Origin: Cyanophora paradoxa CCMP329
Lineage: Eukaryota > Plantae > Glaucophyta
DNA length: 64,000 nt
Reading direction: 5' to 3'
Assembly: GCA_004431415.1 (NCBI GenBank)
Contig: QPMI01000199.1
Span: 84,460-148,459, forward strand
In this document: piece after piece, positions 22,469-32,656 of the stretch
Position numbering within the stretch: position 1 is the first letter of the stretch
Layout of the letters: the number at the start of each line of letters is the position of its first letter
Made by a program: the position numbers and the translations under genes
The notes under the pieces: model-generated
Told to the model about the DNA's origin: nothing
The model's input: only the letters and a program-made list of their open reading frames with translations
The model's database searches: none

Positions 22469-24014
22469 AGGCACCTGTGAAATCAACTCTCATTGTGGGA
22501 GCATTCACATACACAAGGGGATAAATGCGAATATATTTGATTCTGAGAGAATAACCTATGTAAAAAGCATCCTTGATGCTGAGAGGAAATCCACTCAATA
22601 GAGCCACATCACCAGAGTTGTGAGCATTGTTAATGTTCTCACAGACATATATTTTGTTTTGCCCATCTGATCGAATAAAAGACCAGTTGATCCCATCAGT
22701 GGATGTTGCCACATTGAAAGTCTTAATAAAAGCATTGGTGTCCCCTGATCCATAGGCAATCACAGAAGAGAGTTCAAAAGTATATGGGAAAGCAACTTGA
22801 AGGTATTCAGTGGGGTTTTCCCATATCTGTTCAGGAGCATAGGCTCCAGCTTCCCAGCCAAATGCTGAAGGTCTTGCCATGAAAGGCTCTTTACCTGTCA
22901 CAGAGGATGAGGCAGTAAAGGCATCATCTGCAAGCTGATACCAATTGGCATCCAAAGGAGGTGATGTAGTGAGAGTGGATGAGATGTAAGCCTTTGTAGG
23001 GTTCTTTAGTTCATAGTTTGCTACTAGTAGGCTGCAAAGCTTATTGATCATATCATTGTTTGCTGCTATGTATGTTTCAGTGAATGCTAGCATATCTGGG
23101 ATCTTAGATGTGTCATCCAGAGAGCTTACAATGTGATTTGGAAGAGGGACTGATAGCCTATAGTATCTCCCATAATCTTGATCATAGTTGTAGGGTAACA
23201 ACTCCTCCATCTTATCAAGGGCAGAAAGCTCACTTGCAGCCATGAGCATGTTAATCAATGGGCTTCCATCTGTTGAGGCAATCCATGAGAGAATACCCCA
23301 GCTGTTTACAGTCTCATAAGCATAACCCACATAATCAGACTCTAAATGTGGGTCCACCTCACCACAAGAGATACTTATTACTATGATATCATCATCATCA
23401 CTGTAAATCTTCTTTGCATGGCTGTAACCACACACACTGGGATTATTGTTTCCCGAAATGGCACCATCAATGAGACAGACAAATACTCCCCGATTGAAAT
23501 CAACAATGCTTACAGGAGAGAAATATGTAGGAGCAGCAGAAGTAGCCCTAGCAGCAATCTTACAAGGCATAAAGTTGTAGTTGTTGTCATTTGTGATAAA
23601 TATTGGTTTCATATTCTGAGTATCAAAGGATGTAATCACAATGTCCTTTAGGGAATCCTGTATTAGTGATTCACCAGTAACTGAATTGATTGCAGTCTCC
23701 AAGGGTCCGACATCATACTTTGTGTTAAATAGGGCATTTTCGATTATATTTCGAGGATTTGCGAAAATCAAGGGCAGTTGAGTTAGGTAAATATTGTGTA
23801 AATCGTTTGCTGTGAGTTTAGGTTCACCTGGTTTATCAGGATGCCTGATGTTTAACCCAATAGCAATGATCCCACCAGTGGAAGTTCCACTCACAACATC
23901 CACAAGATCGATTATTCTCCTGCCAGTTCGATTTTCGATTTCTTTTAGCAGCCTGGTTATGATAATGCCCCTTGCACCCCCGCCAGAAAGACTTAAAACG
24001 ACCTTGAGAGGCAT
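22458..24014 (-). CDS. Patatin-like phospholipase fused to an F5/8-type C (discoidin) domain
   Basis: SGGGARG, GTSTG, ATSAAPTYF, IDG; C-terminal YLQVAF...STDGINW...YIRIYP. Confidence 0.92.
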   Translation of the reverse strand: MPLKVVLSLSGGGARGIIITRLLKEIENRTGRRIIDLVDVVSGTSTGGIIAIGLNIRHPDKPGEPKLTANDLHNIYLTQLPLIFANPRNIIENALFNTKYDVGPLETAINSVTGESLIQDSLKDIVITSFDTQNMKPIFITNDNNYNFMPCKIAARATSAAPTYFSPVSIVDFNRGVFVCLIDGAISGNNNPSVCGYSHAKKIYSDDDDIIVISISCGEVDPHLESDYVGYAYETVNSWGILSWIASTDGSPLINMLMAASELSALDKMEELLPYNYDQDYGRYYRLSVPLPNHIVSSLDDTSKIPDMLAFTETYIAANNDMINKLCSLLVANYELKNPTKAYISSTLTTSPPLDANWYQLADDAFTASSSVTGKEPFMARPSAFGWEAGAYAPEQIWENPTEYLQVAFPYTFELSSVIAYGSGDTNAFIKTFNVATSTDGINWSFIRSDGQNKIYVCENINNAHNSGDVALLSGFPLSIKDAFYIGYSLRIKYIRIYPLVYVNAPTMRVDFTGAFIR

Positions 24015-24057
24015 CTTTTACTTATCAGGAATTTTATAAATCCATATAGTAAAAGCC

Positions 24058-24310
24058 ATGAGCTTCAATTACCCACCCAATCTAGAAACAATTCAAGATG
24101 ATAATGCAAGCAGCACCAAGCATGTGAACTTTGATAATATTAAAGTAAAGGGTTCAGTTTCGATTGAACACAGTTCCGATAATTCATCCAAGACTCAATC
24201 AAGGGAGCATGCTTTATCTGTGAATCAAACTGATCCAAATAAAGAGGATGTCAGTGTTGCTTTTAGTTTGGGTAATGTGAAAGCAAACCAAGTGGCAGAG
24301 ATCAAAGCCA
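24058..24310 (+). pseudogene. 5' fragment of the PLV-A giant fibre gene, interrupted by PLV-B
   Basis: Rejoins in frame with 49064 onward after removing the insert and one TSD (…QVAEIKA|TRRRPRKL…FDSGRLIFNVQDE). Confidence 0.9.
24305..24310 (+). repeat. Left target-site duplication AAGCCA
   Basis: Identical to 49058-49063. Confidence 0.95.
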
Positions 24311-24826
24311 GCTCGCATGCAGGTGAACCCCACTAATTCCCGCCGACCTATTTCAGTGAGCAAATATAAAACATCCTTTATTCTCAGTCACAAATTAATA
24401 AAATCGCTGTAATTCGCACTGAGCCACACTGTCTTTTATAAACCTCTCATGCATCCTTACTGAAACCAATCACGAAAACCTAAATTTCATCTTCTCTCCG
24501 ATCTCTTACCATTCTCAGTAAGCCCTAAACCCGTCCTCCGATCTCTCAGTAAGGCACAGTAAGACCCCATTATTACGAAATGTTCCCGATCGTTGCCGGA
24601 CTGTTTTCAGTAATCCAAAAAGAAAACACAGGTGAACCCCACCGAGAGAGTACGATGATAAGTACGAGATCGATTGAGTTCGCAAGTTTGTGCTGCCGAA
24701 AATGCCCACCTGCACAAACTTGCGCACCCCATCGACAAAGTACGATGATCGACGAAGTACGACGATAGACCACGATTAATTGCAACTGGAACCACTCGCG
24801 CCCCGCCCACTATGCAAGATACATGC
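24311..24826 (+). repeat. PLV-B left TIR (516 bp)
   Basis: Reverse complement of 48542-49057; no mismatch noticed. Confidence 0.96.
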
Positions 24827-24869
24827 CTTTCTTATGCATGATCTATGTAAAAACAATTATTCCAATGCC

Positions 24870-25133
24870 TCATTCCTCTGCAACTGTATTATACTCGATT
24901 GCTCTTTTCACAGTTCCCCTTTGGAATGCCTGTAATACAATCGCTTCTTTTGTGGTTGGTATCTGAACTCCACCTGAGATGCAAGATTGAATCTCTTTCT
25001 GAACAATCTCATCAATTGCAATTCTTGCTCTGTTGTGGGCAGCATTATCAATCCAGTCTTGAACAGATAAAGCGCAATATTCCATTCCCAATTTTTCAGT
25101 ATCTGAGAGAATGACTTGGTAGATATTCGACAT
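24870..25133 (-). CDS. Small phage-like protein (possible fibre chaperone)
   Basis: DWIDNAAHNRARIAIDEIV resembles small proteins found beside C1q fibre genes in marine phages (from recall). Confidence 0.55.
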   Translation of the reverse strand: MSNIYQVILSDTEKLGMEYCALSVQDWIDNAAHNRARIAIDEIVQKEIQSCISGGVQIPTTKEAIVLQAFQRGTVKRAIEYNTVAEE

Positions 25134-25155
25134 TCCTTAATCTACTGCAAGAAAA

Positions 25156-26175
25156 TTAAATGATGCTAATCAATTCACCCGAAAAACCTGTTATACTTGA
25201 ATATGAACCAGAAGAGCTTGTGACAAGTGTAACATATTCATTTTGAGCAAGATTTAGAATGCAAGAGAAACACAATGCTTTATTGGTGTGTGTGCTGCTG
25301 TGGATTTGGGAAATGCTTAAACCCCCAGGATCTGCATCATTCACTTTTATAAATAATTCGATAGTAGCTGATGTGGTCGAAAAAGAGAACACTGAAAATC
25401 GATAATGTCCTGCAACAGGTGCTGTAAATCTTCCTGTTGATGTGCTAAATGCATTGGTATTGTTTACCCGAACTGTTGCCCAGTTTATCAGAGCAGCAGC
25501 AGAAGTAGCAGTGTGAGCATATCCAAGTTGAACTGAAAATCGTGGGTGTGATGTTTTGAGATAGCATCCTTCATTTACTGTCAAACTATTGGCTTCAAGA
25601 GTAGCAACAGTGTTACTATTGCGTTTTAACAAAAAATTGACATCGGCTCCTGTATCAATTTCAGGAGAGACAACCTTAGTAGATGCTGTGATTATTGATT
25701 GTGTGTAGTTAGGAATACTTATACCAGCATTTGCTGTAACCAAACCTGTAAATGTGCTTGTTCCTGTAATGTTTACTTGATTTGCTGTAAGCGTTCCATC
25801 AATCATTGCCCCATCTCCAATATAAGCGCCTCCACTTTTTACTACAAGAGCCGAGTTATTGATGGTGTTGTCAAAAGTAACAATCTTTGGTGTGGTGAAC
25901 CCTCCCACATCATCATAAATTGCTGAATCTGATACAATCTGACCTGATTGAACTTGGTTCTTGTTTGAAACTTTTAAACCTGTGGTTCTCACCCTCCCTC
26001 CATTTCGATCGCATCGAATTTCTTTACATCTTATCACAGAATTTTGAGAGAATGAATCGGCTCCTGTTGTTTCTGTGCAAATAAACCCGGGGGTTGCATC
26101 TGTAACAGCATGGTTAAGTTGATGTATTTTTGGGGCGGCATAACAGAAAACAGGGACAGCTATTTGAGTGGTCAT
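25156..26175 (-). CDS. Fibre-like protein with C-terminal C1q domain
   Basis: HPRFSV...FSTSTGRFTAPVAGHYRF; conserved N-terminal KEIRCDRNGG module. Confidence 0.8.
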   Translation of the reverse strand: MTTQIAVPVFCYAAPKIHQLNHAVTDATPGFICTETTGADSFSQNSVIRCKEIRCDRNGGRVRTTGLKVSNKNQVQSGQIVSDSAIYDDVGGFTTPKIVTFDNTINNSALVVKSGGAYIGDGAMIDGTLTANQVNITGTSTFTGLVTANAGISIPNYTQSIITASTKVVSPEIDTGADVNFLLKRNSNTVATLEANSLTVNEGCYLKTSHPRFSVQLGYAHTATSAAALINWATVRVNNTNAFSTSTGRFTAPVAGHYRFSVFSFSTTSATIELFIKVNDADPGGLSISQIHSSTHTNKALCFSCILNLAQNEYVTLVTSSSGSYSSITGFSGELISII

Positions 26176-26178
26176 ACT

Positions 26179-27267
26179 TTACATTATGTGGATAATATTA
26201 TGATGAATGGACAAGGATACATCCAAAAAGTATCTGATATTGTAGTTTACACCAGCATCTCCTGAATTGACCAGCCTGATCGAATCATTAGCTACAAGGT
26301 TCACAATAATATCAAAACCAACAGTTGCATTTCCTGTTGCATTTTGAGAGTTAGAATTAATTCCGAATGTTGTCCCATTTTTAAGCAAAGAGGTCAAATA
26401 AGTATTGCTTTTAGCACTATTGTAACCAGACGCATGGAAAAATACGAGGTAGTTTCCAGAAACAGGTGCAGTAAAACTCCCTGTTGCAGGATCGAAATTA
26501 TTTCCATGGTTGACTATGACTCCTGTTGATGAGAACAAAGTTGTTCCACTTGCAGCGAAGTTTGTATCTTTTGAAGTATTGGGTTCCTGTTTTGTTGCAA
26601 AGAAACGAGGATGACTACTTAATTTTAGATACTTGTCTGTCGGAAGTGTAAGGAGCTGAACAGTTGTATTATCTGTTTGAGTTGTCTTTCCAAGAGAAAA
26701 CACTGTATTTCCATTTCGTTTGTAGTTCACATTTGCATCTGTCCCATTATCTGTCTCAGGTGTGTTTATTCTTGTATTAGCTGTGATAGTTTGATACTGA
26801 AAGTTGCCTGAGAGACCACCATTAAAGTTCATCAATCCTGTGAATACACTTGTCCCACTCACATTTAATTGGTTTGCTGTAACAGTTCCTGCTACATTGG
26901 CTCCATCTCCAATGTAGGAACCTCCACTTCTGACTACAAGAGCGGAACTAGTGCTTGTGTTACCAAAAGTAACTATCTGTGCTGTGGTAAATCCACCTAC
27001 ATTATCGTATATTGCTGAATCGGGGACTACTTGACCCGCTTGAACCTGATTTTTATTCGAGATAATAATACCTGTGGTTCTTATCTTGCCCCCATTTCGA
27101 TCACATCGAATTTCTTTGACTCTGAGTATGTTGTTCTCTGTGAAAGAGGTATTGCTTGTGGTTTCAGTGCAAATAAAACCGGGTGTTGAATCAAAGACTT
27201 CATGAGAGGTGCTATGTAGTGATTTCGCGGCGAGTTCATAGTTTGGGATCTCTAAAAGAGAGGTCAT
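26179..27267 (-). CDS. Fibre-like protein with C-terminal C1q domain (paralogue)
   Basis: FDPATGSFTAPVSGNYLVFF; same N-terminal module. Confidence 0.8.
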   Translation of the reverse strand: MTSLLEIPNYELAAKSLHSTSHEVFDSTPGFICTETTSNTSFTENNILRVKEIRCDRNGGKIRTTGIIISNKNQVQAGQVVPDSAIYDNVGGFTTAQIVTFGNTSTSSALVVRSGGSYIGDGANVAGTVTANQLNVSGTSVFTGLMNFNGGLSGNFQYQTITANTRINTPETDNGTDANVNYKRNGNTVFSLGKTTQTDNTTVQLLTLPTDKYLKLSSHPRFFATKQEPNTSKDTNFAASGTTLFSSTGVIVNHGNNFDPATGSFTAPVSGNYLVFFHASGYNSAKSNTYLTSLLKNGTTFGINSNSQNATGNATVGFDIIVNLVANDSIRLVNSGDAGVNYNIRYFLDVSLSIHHNIIHIM

Positions 27268-27286
27268 CTTTATAATTACGAAATAG

Positions 27287-28849
27287 TTAAATTGCGACAG
27301 CAATGTAATGGATTGTTACAGTTTTGGCTGTATTGTCCATTGCATATGGATCAGTGAAAAGTTCACATGTGAAATAGTCACTGTAAACATTCAACAGGTT
27401 CACAGTAAATATGACTGGTGTTGTAGCGTTTGCTTGTCCTTCATGCCTTACTGTTGCTGTTACAACAGGAGGAGAAGTGAATGCACTGCTAAAATAGATG
27501 GTTAGATTGAACACATATAAATTATTGTAATTCAATACAGGAGTGGTGTAAGTATATTTTCCTGCTTTTATTTTCCCATTAAAATATGCATTAAGTTGAC
27601 TGGTAAGATCTGCTTCTGTAATACATCTACTTATAGTCGAGCTATCTGTGGGGTTCATAGCATAAAAATTTCTTGCATAAGCATTTCCACGAACAAGTAA
27701 AGTTTGATCAAAGTAATTCTGTGAATTGTGGAAAAACCATGTTTCATCAAACATAGGTCCTGCTGGTTCTACTATCTGACCCGATCCTACATACATTGTG
27801 TTGTTGGCTCTAATTGTGGTTGCTGTGAAGGGATCAAGAGTTGGTCTATTGGTCAAATCATTGTAGTTGCCCGAGAAAATCGCTGGTTTGTTATAAATAT
27901 CTGTATTCCAATCATGAGTGTGTGCAAAATCTGTAATCTCTGCCTTTGTGTGATTGTGAGCAAAATCTGTAATCTCTGCCTTAGTGTGGGTATGACCAAC
28001 ATATGCAACATTTCCAAGATCGGTAATCTGTGACTTTGTATGAGTGTGTGCAAAATCTGTAATCTCAGATTTAAAATGGGTATGAGCAAAATTTGTAATA
28101 TCCGCTCTGGTGTGGGTGTGTGCAAAATCGGTTATCTGTGATTTGGTGTGAGTGTGTGCAAAATCTGTGATTTCTGCCTTTGTGTGGGTATGCGCTCTAT
28201 TATTCAGATCGAGAAAACTACCCGAAAATGCAACAGGGTGTAGATTTGCTGCGGTGGGTTTATTAATGAGATCGTTGTAGTCTCCTGTAAATGAAACAGT
28301 TTTCAGTTCCCCCCTTCCTACATAATCCGAAGGGAGATCAATTTTAATGGGCATTATAGCTGGATCATCTGGGATCACATACTCTCCACCTGTGTGAACC
28401 ACAGGGTATCTTCGAATATACATATTGGATGCACCCATAAGAGGTGCCACAATGGGCACATCGGAGTTAACGAGATTGCAAGTGATGGAAAAAATCGTTT
28501 TGGGGGCAAACAGATTGCAATCAAAGGTCACAGTGGCGGGATCGATAGAAGGATCGACATTTGAACAGATCTGAAACATCCACCCACCCACACAGTTGCA
28601 ATTTAGATTTCGAAAGGCTGTCCCTGCCATTGCATCCACATAGCCAATCCCATTTGCTATGTCATAGATGTGACCAAACTCGTAACCAAAAATGTCATTC
28701 CACAGATTGGAAGCCATAGCTCCCGTCACATACCCTTTCAAATTTACAAGTAGGTCATTGGATTCACTGGGTATATTGCTATGGGTTATGTAAAATTGAT
28801 TATTCAACACAGCATTCCTAATTGTCGTCTCTACTATGGGCTCCGTCAT
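27287..28849 (-). CDS. Fibre protein with phage tail (HTH..ITD) repeats
   Basis: About 8 AHTHTKxxITDF repeats, GDYNDLINKP, C-terminal FSSAFTSPPVV domain. Confidence 0.8.
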   Translation of the reverse strand: MTEPIVETTIRNAVLNNQFYITHSNIPSESNDLLVNLKGYVTGAMASNLWNDIFGYEFGHIYDIANGIGYVDAMAGTAFRNLNCNCVGGWMFQICSNVDPSIDPATVTFDCNLFAPKTIFSITCNLVNSDVPIVAPLMGASNMYIRRYPVVHTGGEYVIPDDPAIMPIKIDLPSDYVGRGELKTVSFTGDYNDLINKPTAANLHPVAFSGSFLDLNNRAHTHTKAEITDFAHTHTKSQITDFAHTHTRADITNFAHTHFKSEITDFAHTHTKSQITDLGNVAYVGHTHTKAEITDFAHNHTKAEITDFAHTHDWNTDIYNKPAIFSGNYNDLTNRPTLDPFTATTIRANNTMYVGSGQIVEPAGPMFDETWFFHNSQNYFDQTLLVRGNAYARNFYAMNPTDSSTISRCITEADLTSQLNAYFNGKIKAGKYTYTTPVLNYNNLYVFNLTIYFSSAFTSPPVVTATVRHEGQANATTPVIFTVNLLNVYSDYFTCELFTDPYAMDNTAKTVTIHYIAVAI

Positions 28850-28887
28850 TATATATCTATTATTGCATACTACAAAAATTAAGGTTG

Positions 28888-31800
28888 TTACATTACATTT
28901 GGAATATGTTCATATATTCTCCCTTCTCGCTGTGCCATTTCCGCCATAAAGTCTCTGTCATTATTCATCGTTTGCTCTGCCAATTCTTGTGCTCGTGATT
29001 TTTTGGGTGCTGCCCTACTTGCTGGTGGTCGGTCAGTCCTTACAACACTAAGAGCGTTTCCATCTGCCGATCTCACCTCTAACCCCACATCTCCTTCGGC
29101 TGTTTGGGTCACATTCAGTTCAGGCGTTGAGTATTTATTTCCTGCACCTGCAATGGTTCTATCTAAGCAAGCACAACAAAGAGCTCGAAATTTGTATGCA
29201 AGCACAAGCCCAAGAGCACCGAGAATCGGCAAGAGAATCATAAGCACTAACGTTCCTGGATTAGTTCCCGGTGCCCCGACTGGATTTGTAGGATTCGTGG
29301 GATTATTAGGTGGTGTGTTTGGATCTGGATTAGTTGTAGGGGGATCTTGTGAATCGGGATCTGGGTTAGGCTGGTTCGGATTTGGATCATTTGGTGGCGG
29401 CTCTGTCGACCCTGCTAATGATGTTGGCGCTGTGTATGCATTCGCAAACACGATGGGAGCCGTCGCTGGATTTCCTGTGGAGGATCCTGAGATTGCACCA
29501 TAGGTATCTGCGAGATACTTGTATAATTCCTGTGTCACAGGTGGATTGCTCACAGATCGACACACCCAAATATTGCATGTGGTATCATAGACTGTGTCCC
29601 TAATAAAGGGAGGTAGAGCCGTCCCACTGAATGACTCAAAGAATCCATTTCGCGATAGCAATCGATGCCCTGCATCACAATTTCCACCCTCAAAGTACTT
29701 CGAAGCCGAAATCGCACCTTGCACATAAATATTGCATGTCGAGTGCAATCCAATGTTATTAAGGTTAGGAGTGTATCTGTCATCGAGCCGGACAGTGCAA
29801 ACCCATGGGGAAGCGGTTTTTATATATTTCTTATCGCCTGCTGTGATCACATCAGTGTTTGGGTGGCTTTCGATTTGGGTAGCAATAGACTCATATTTGT
29901 AAGAGTAATAAACTAAGAGACCATCTGTGGAGGATGTAAAATAAAAGAAGTCTCTCATGAAGTCTGTGGATCCAAAGAAGTCAGCATTGGTCGATGTTAG
30001 GGTGACTTTGGGATAGCTCATGCTGACAGTCTCAGAAGGATATGGAATATAAGAGGTGTAATAGCGATTTAACAGATAATAGTAAAATCCATCTGAGACA
30101 TTCGAATGAGTGGGCAAGGTGACTGTTAAGGTCTTACTGCGATCCTCAAACGTTTTATGTATGACAATGTTGCAAGTATTAATGTATCGAGAATCGAAAA
30201 AGTAATTATTTGTAACTCGATTATCGATCAGAGTAGCATTGGTTCCATTAAATACGAAGTTCTGCCCATTGATCCTCGTAGTATGAATGTCGGTAACATC
30301 GAGAGGATACCTTATTTTTAATCGGTCTTCGGGGTCAAATCGCGGAATAGTTCCTGTTGCCTTCCAACTCACAGTGAAGGGAGGAGAAAGGGAAACTGCT
30401 GGGATAACAGAGAGATTAAATTTCGCAAAATTAAACCCAATAGGATACCCTGATAAAGCATATGTCACTGTTGCATTTCCCACGAGCGTAAAGCCGGTGG
30501 TTGTTATGTTAGTCGCAACAAACGGGGAGTAGCCAGCTGGTGCATTTTGAAGAGAGGTAGATGAGCCATCATTGACCACATACAGATTCGGGTCTGTAAT
30601 TTCAATGGTAGGAGGAGAGACAAATGGAGACTCAAATGTGAAATTAAAACTCGCTGGAACCCCTGCAAGATATCTATATGAGACCGATCCTATTTCGGAT
30701 GCCTGGAATACTTTGCTTCCACTCCGCACTACATTACTTGTGTCTTTCACATTGTGGTATGATATGCTGGGAGTCGGGGAGAGCACCAACGAAATAGCAT
30801 CTGGTAAATCAGACTTTGTTATATACAGCTCTTTAAGATACTCCTTTCTAAAAGGCGCGGTCAGATCTCCAATAGTAGCCGATGAACCCGCGACTACAAT
30901 ATTACAGGTGTTTGCACTCAAAGAATAAACTGTGTTCCACCTTAAAGAGTTCGCGCCAAGATCGAAATTCTGTGAGAAGGGCACGATATTGCTACCTTGT
31001 AAATCTCGGTAAACCTTTACTCTGGGTTCGCTATCGAATTCAGGGGTGATATAATTGATGGTAAGAGTGAAACTTATAGTAGCTTCGGAAGTCAATAAGT
31101 TGTTTCGGATGATAAGTAAATTGTATGTCTCGTTAATGACAAACGAAACCTGAAACCCTGTGGAGGTGACATTGTGAATAAATGCTTTATTCGATTCATT
31201 ATTGTTAGTGATAGGATTATAATAAGTAGTGTGATCCACCAATGAAACAGTGGGTATAGTCGTCTCGAAACCTGTGACACCCAACTGATCCCAAGTGAAT
31301 GTATATGTAGGTTTGCCTACATAAGCGACAAAGACCCCATTCGCGATCTGCTGAGGGTATCCCTCGACAGTGTAGGTCTCAGTTCGCGAAACTGATCGGG
31401 AAAGGTTACTATTAAAGTCAGTGTAGCTGATTAGTGCATTATCACTGGTGAGAATCTGATTGGGTCGGAGTGAGTGATTAAATGGAAGGATTAAATTGGA
31501 GGCAAACATGGAAACTCCATGCAACTCTGACCATCTCAGATTCGATAAACCAACTCGGTATGTGTTGTCAGTCGCGGGGTAAATGTTCCTTTTCGATAGA
31601 ATATGGGCTAAGGTAATTGCAAGCGCTCCATCTGCTGCAAACAGAGCATTAATTTCGGATTGCAAAGCCGCGATTTCAGTAGTGTGGGTCGTGAGGGTTC
31701 CATCCTGGCTTGAATCTTTTGTGTTCTTGTTCCTCTCAAACTCCAAAAACGCCTTTACGATGTCCTTGCCTAAAAGATCGTTTATATTGTCTCTGGTAAT

Positions 31801-32613
31801 GTAAACATGGTCTGTTCTCAGTGCCTGTTTCTCTGTGGTAAAAGCCGGAATTTCCTCTGCAAATGATATAGTCGTTTTATCAAGTGCTAAGGATCTCACA
31901 TTCGGAGCATTGGCGCCAATTATATCCACAACGTTCCCGTTTTCGACAATTTCTAAGGTCGGTTTCGCGGGGTCTAATGTGAAAACGCTCTCTGTTATCT
32001 GGGGAACCGATTCGCTCTTCTGAATCACAAAGGATTCGATGTGTAGGTTACAGGTTGCGACATTGGTGGCGAAGAAAGACTCTGAATTAAATGAGTTTAC
32101 GTTTAGGGTATCCGTAGTGATGTTACTTGCTGTAATATTGCTCGTCGTTAGATTACCTGCTGAGAGATCATGGACGACCTCTACCTTTGTTTTCCGTGTG
32201 GATACTCCCGCTATAAGTGTGCTATTATCCACGATTCTCATAGCTGCATTTTGGAAACCGCTCTCATCTTGAATGAAGAAGTTTAAGCGACCTCTATCGA
32301 ATGCTTTTGGGATGTTCCTACGATTATATCGCACCGTTTTCGGTAGCTGGCGGGTTGCCTGAATGCTGGCGACTCTGTTTCGTTCGTTATCATCAAGTAA
32401 AAAGTCGATTCCAAGTTTATGATCCCCCTTCTCGACGTTCATTAGCTGCAAAGCTGCGGGTCTGCTCGGTGTCCCACTGACTGGATCTTCGCGGTCTGCA
32501 TTGTAGTTTATTCTCAGAGACCCGCGAATTTCAGTGTTTACCTGATCAGTGTCCTCTATCTGAGTGGTCGAATTAATAACTCGTGCATCTGGTCGCGGAT
32601 TCAGGAACGACAT
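28888..32613 (-). CDS. Large fibre/spike protein with C-terminal transmembrane helix
   Basis: N-terminus homologous to PLV-A 24058/49064 (RVASIQATR...FDRGRLNFFIQDE); Pro/Asn linker then LVLMILLPILGALGLVLAY. Confidence 0.78.
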   Translation of the reverse strand: MSFLNPRPDARVINSTTQIEDTDQVNTEIRGSLRINYNADREDPVSGTPSRPAALQLMNVEKGDHKLGIDFLLDDNERNRVASIQATRQLPKTVRYNRRNIPKAFDRGRLNFFIQDESGFQNAAMRIVDNSTLIAGVSTRKTKVEVVHDLSAGNLTTSNITASNITTDTLNVNSFNSESFFATNVATCNLHIESFVIQKSESVPQITESVFTLDPAKPTLEIVENGNVVDIIGANAPNVRSLALDKTTISFAEEIPAFTTEKQALRTDHVYITRDNINDLLGKDIVKAFLEFERNKNTKDSSQDGTLTTHTTEIAALQSEINALFAADGALAITLAHILSKRNIYPATDNTYRVGLSNLRWSELHGVSMFASNLILPFNHSLRPNQILTSDNALISYTDFNSNLSRSVSRTETYTVEGYPQQIANGVFVAYVGKPTYTFTWDQLGVTGFETTIPTVSLVDHTTYYNPITNNNESNKAFIHNVTSTGFQVSFVINETYNLLIIRNNLLTSEATISFTLTINYITPEFDSEPRVKVYRDLQGSNIVPFSQNFDLGANSLRWNTVYSLSANTCNIVVAGSSATIGDLTAPFRKEYLKELYITKSDLPDAISLVLSPTPSISYHNVKDTSNVVRSGSKVFQASEIGSVSYRYLAGVPASFNFTFESPFVSPPTIEITDPNLYVVNDGSSTSLQNAPAGYSPFVATNITTTGFTLVGNATVTYALSGYPIGFNFAKFNLSVIPAVSLSPPFTVSWKATGTIPRFDPEDRLKIRYPLDVTDIHTTRINGQNFVFNGTNATLIDNRVTNNYFFDSRYINTCNIVIHKTFEDRSKTLTVTLPTHSNVSDGFYYYLLNRYYTSYIPYPSETVSMSYPKVTLTSTNADFFGSTDFMRDFFYFTSSTDGLLVYYSYKYESIATQIESHPNTDVITAGDKKYIKTASPWVCTVRLDDRYTPNLNNIGLHSTCNIYVQGAISASKYFEGGNCDAGHRLLSRNGFFESFSGTALPPFIRDTVYDTTCNIWVCRSVSNPPVTQELYKYLADTYGAISGSSTGNPATAPIVFANAYTAPTSLAGSTEPPPNDPNPNQPNPDPDSQDPPTTNPDPNTPPNNPTNPTNPVGAPGTNPGTLVLMILLPILGALGLVLAYKFRALCCACLDRTIAGAGNKYSTPELNVTQTAEGDVGLEVRSADGNALSVVRTDRPPASRAAPKKSRAQELAEQTMNNDRDFMAEMAQREGRIYEHIPNVM

Positions 32614-32656
32614 CCTCTTTATAAACAAAGAAGATATATAAGAAGTATATAAGATA

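Noticed and set aside
24515-24810. Duplicated small ORFs (also 48522-48853, 6628-6819, 57957-58148)
   Set aside because: Identical only because they lie inside TIRs; no coding evidence.
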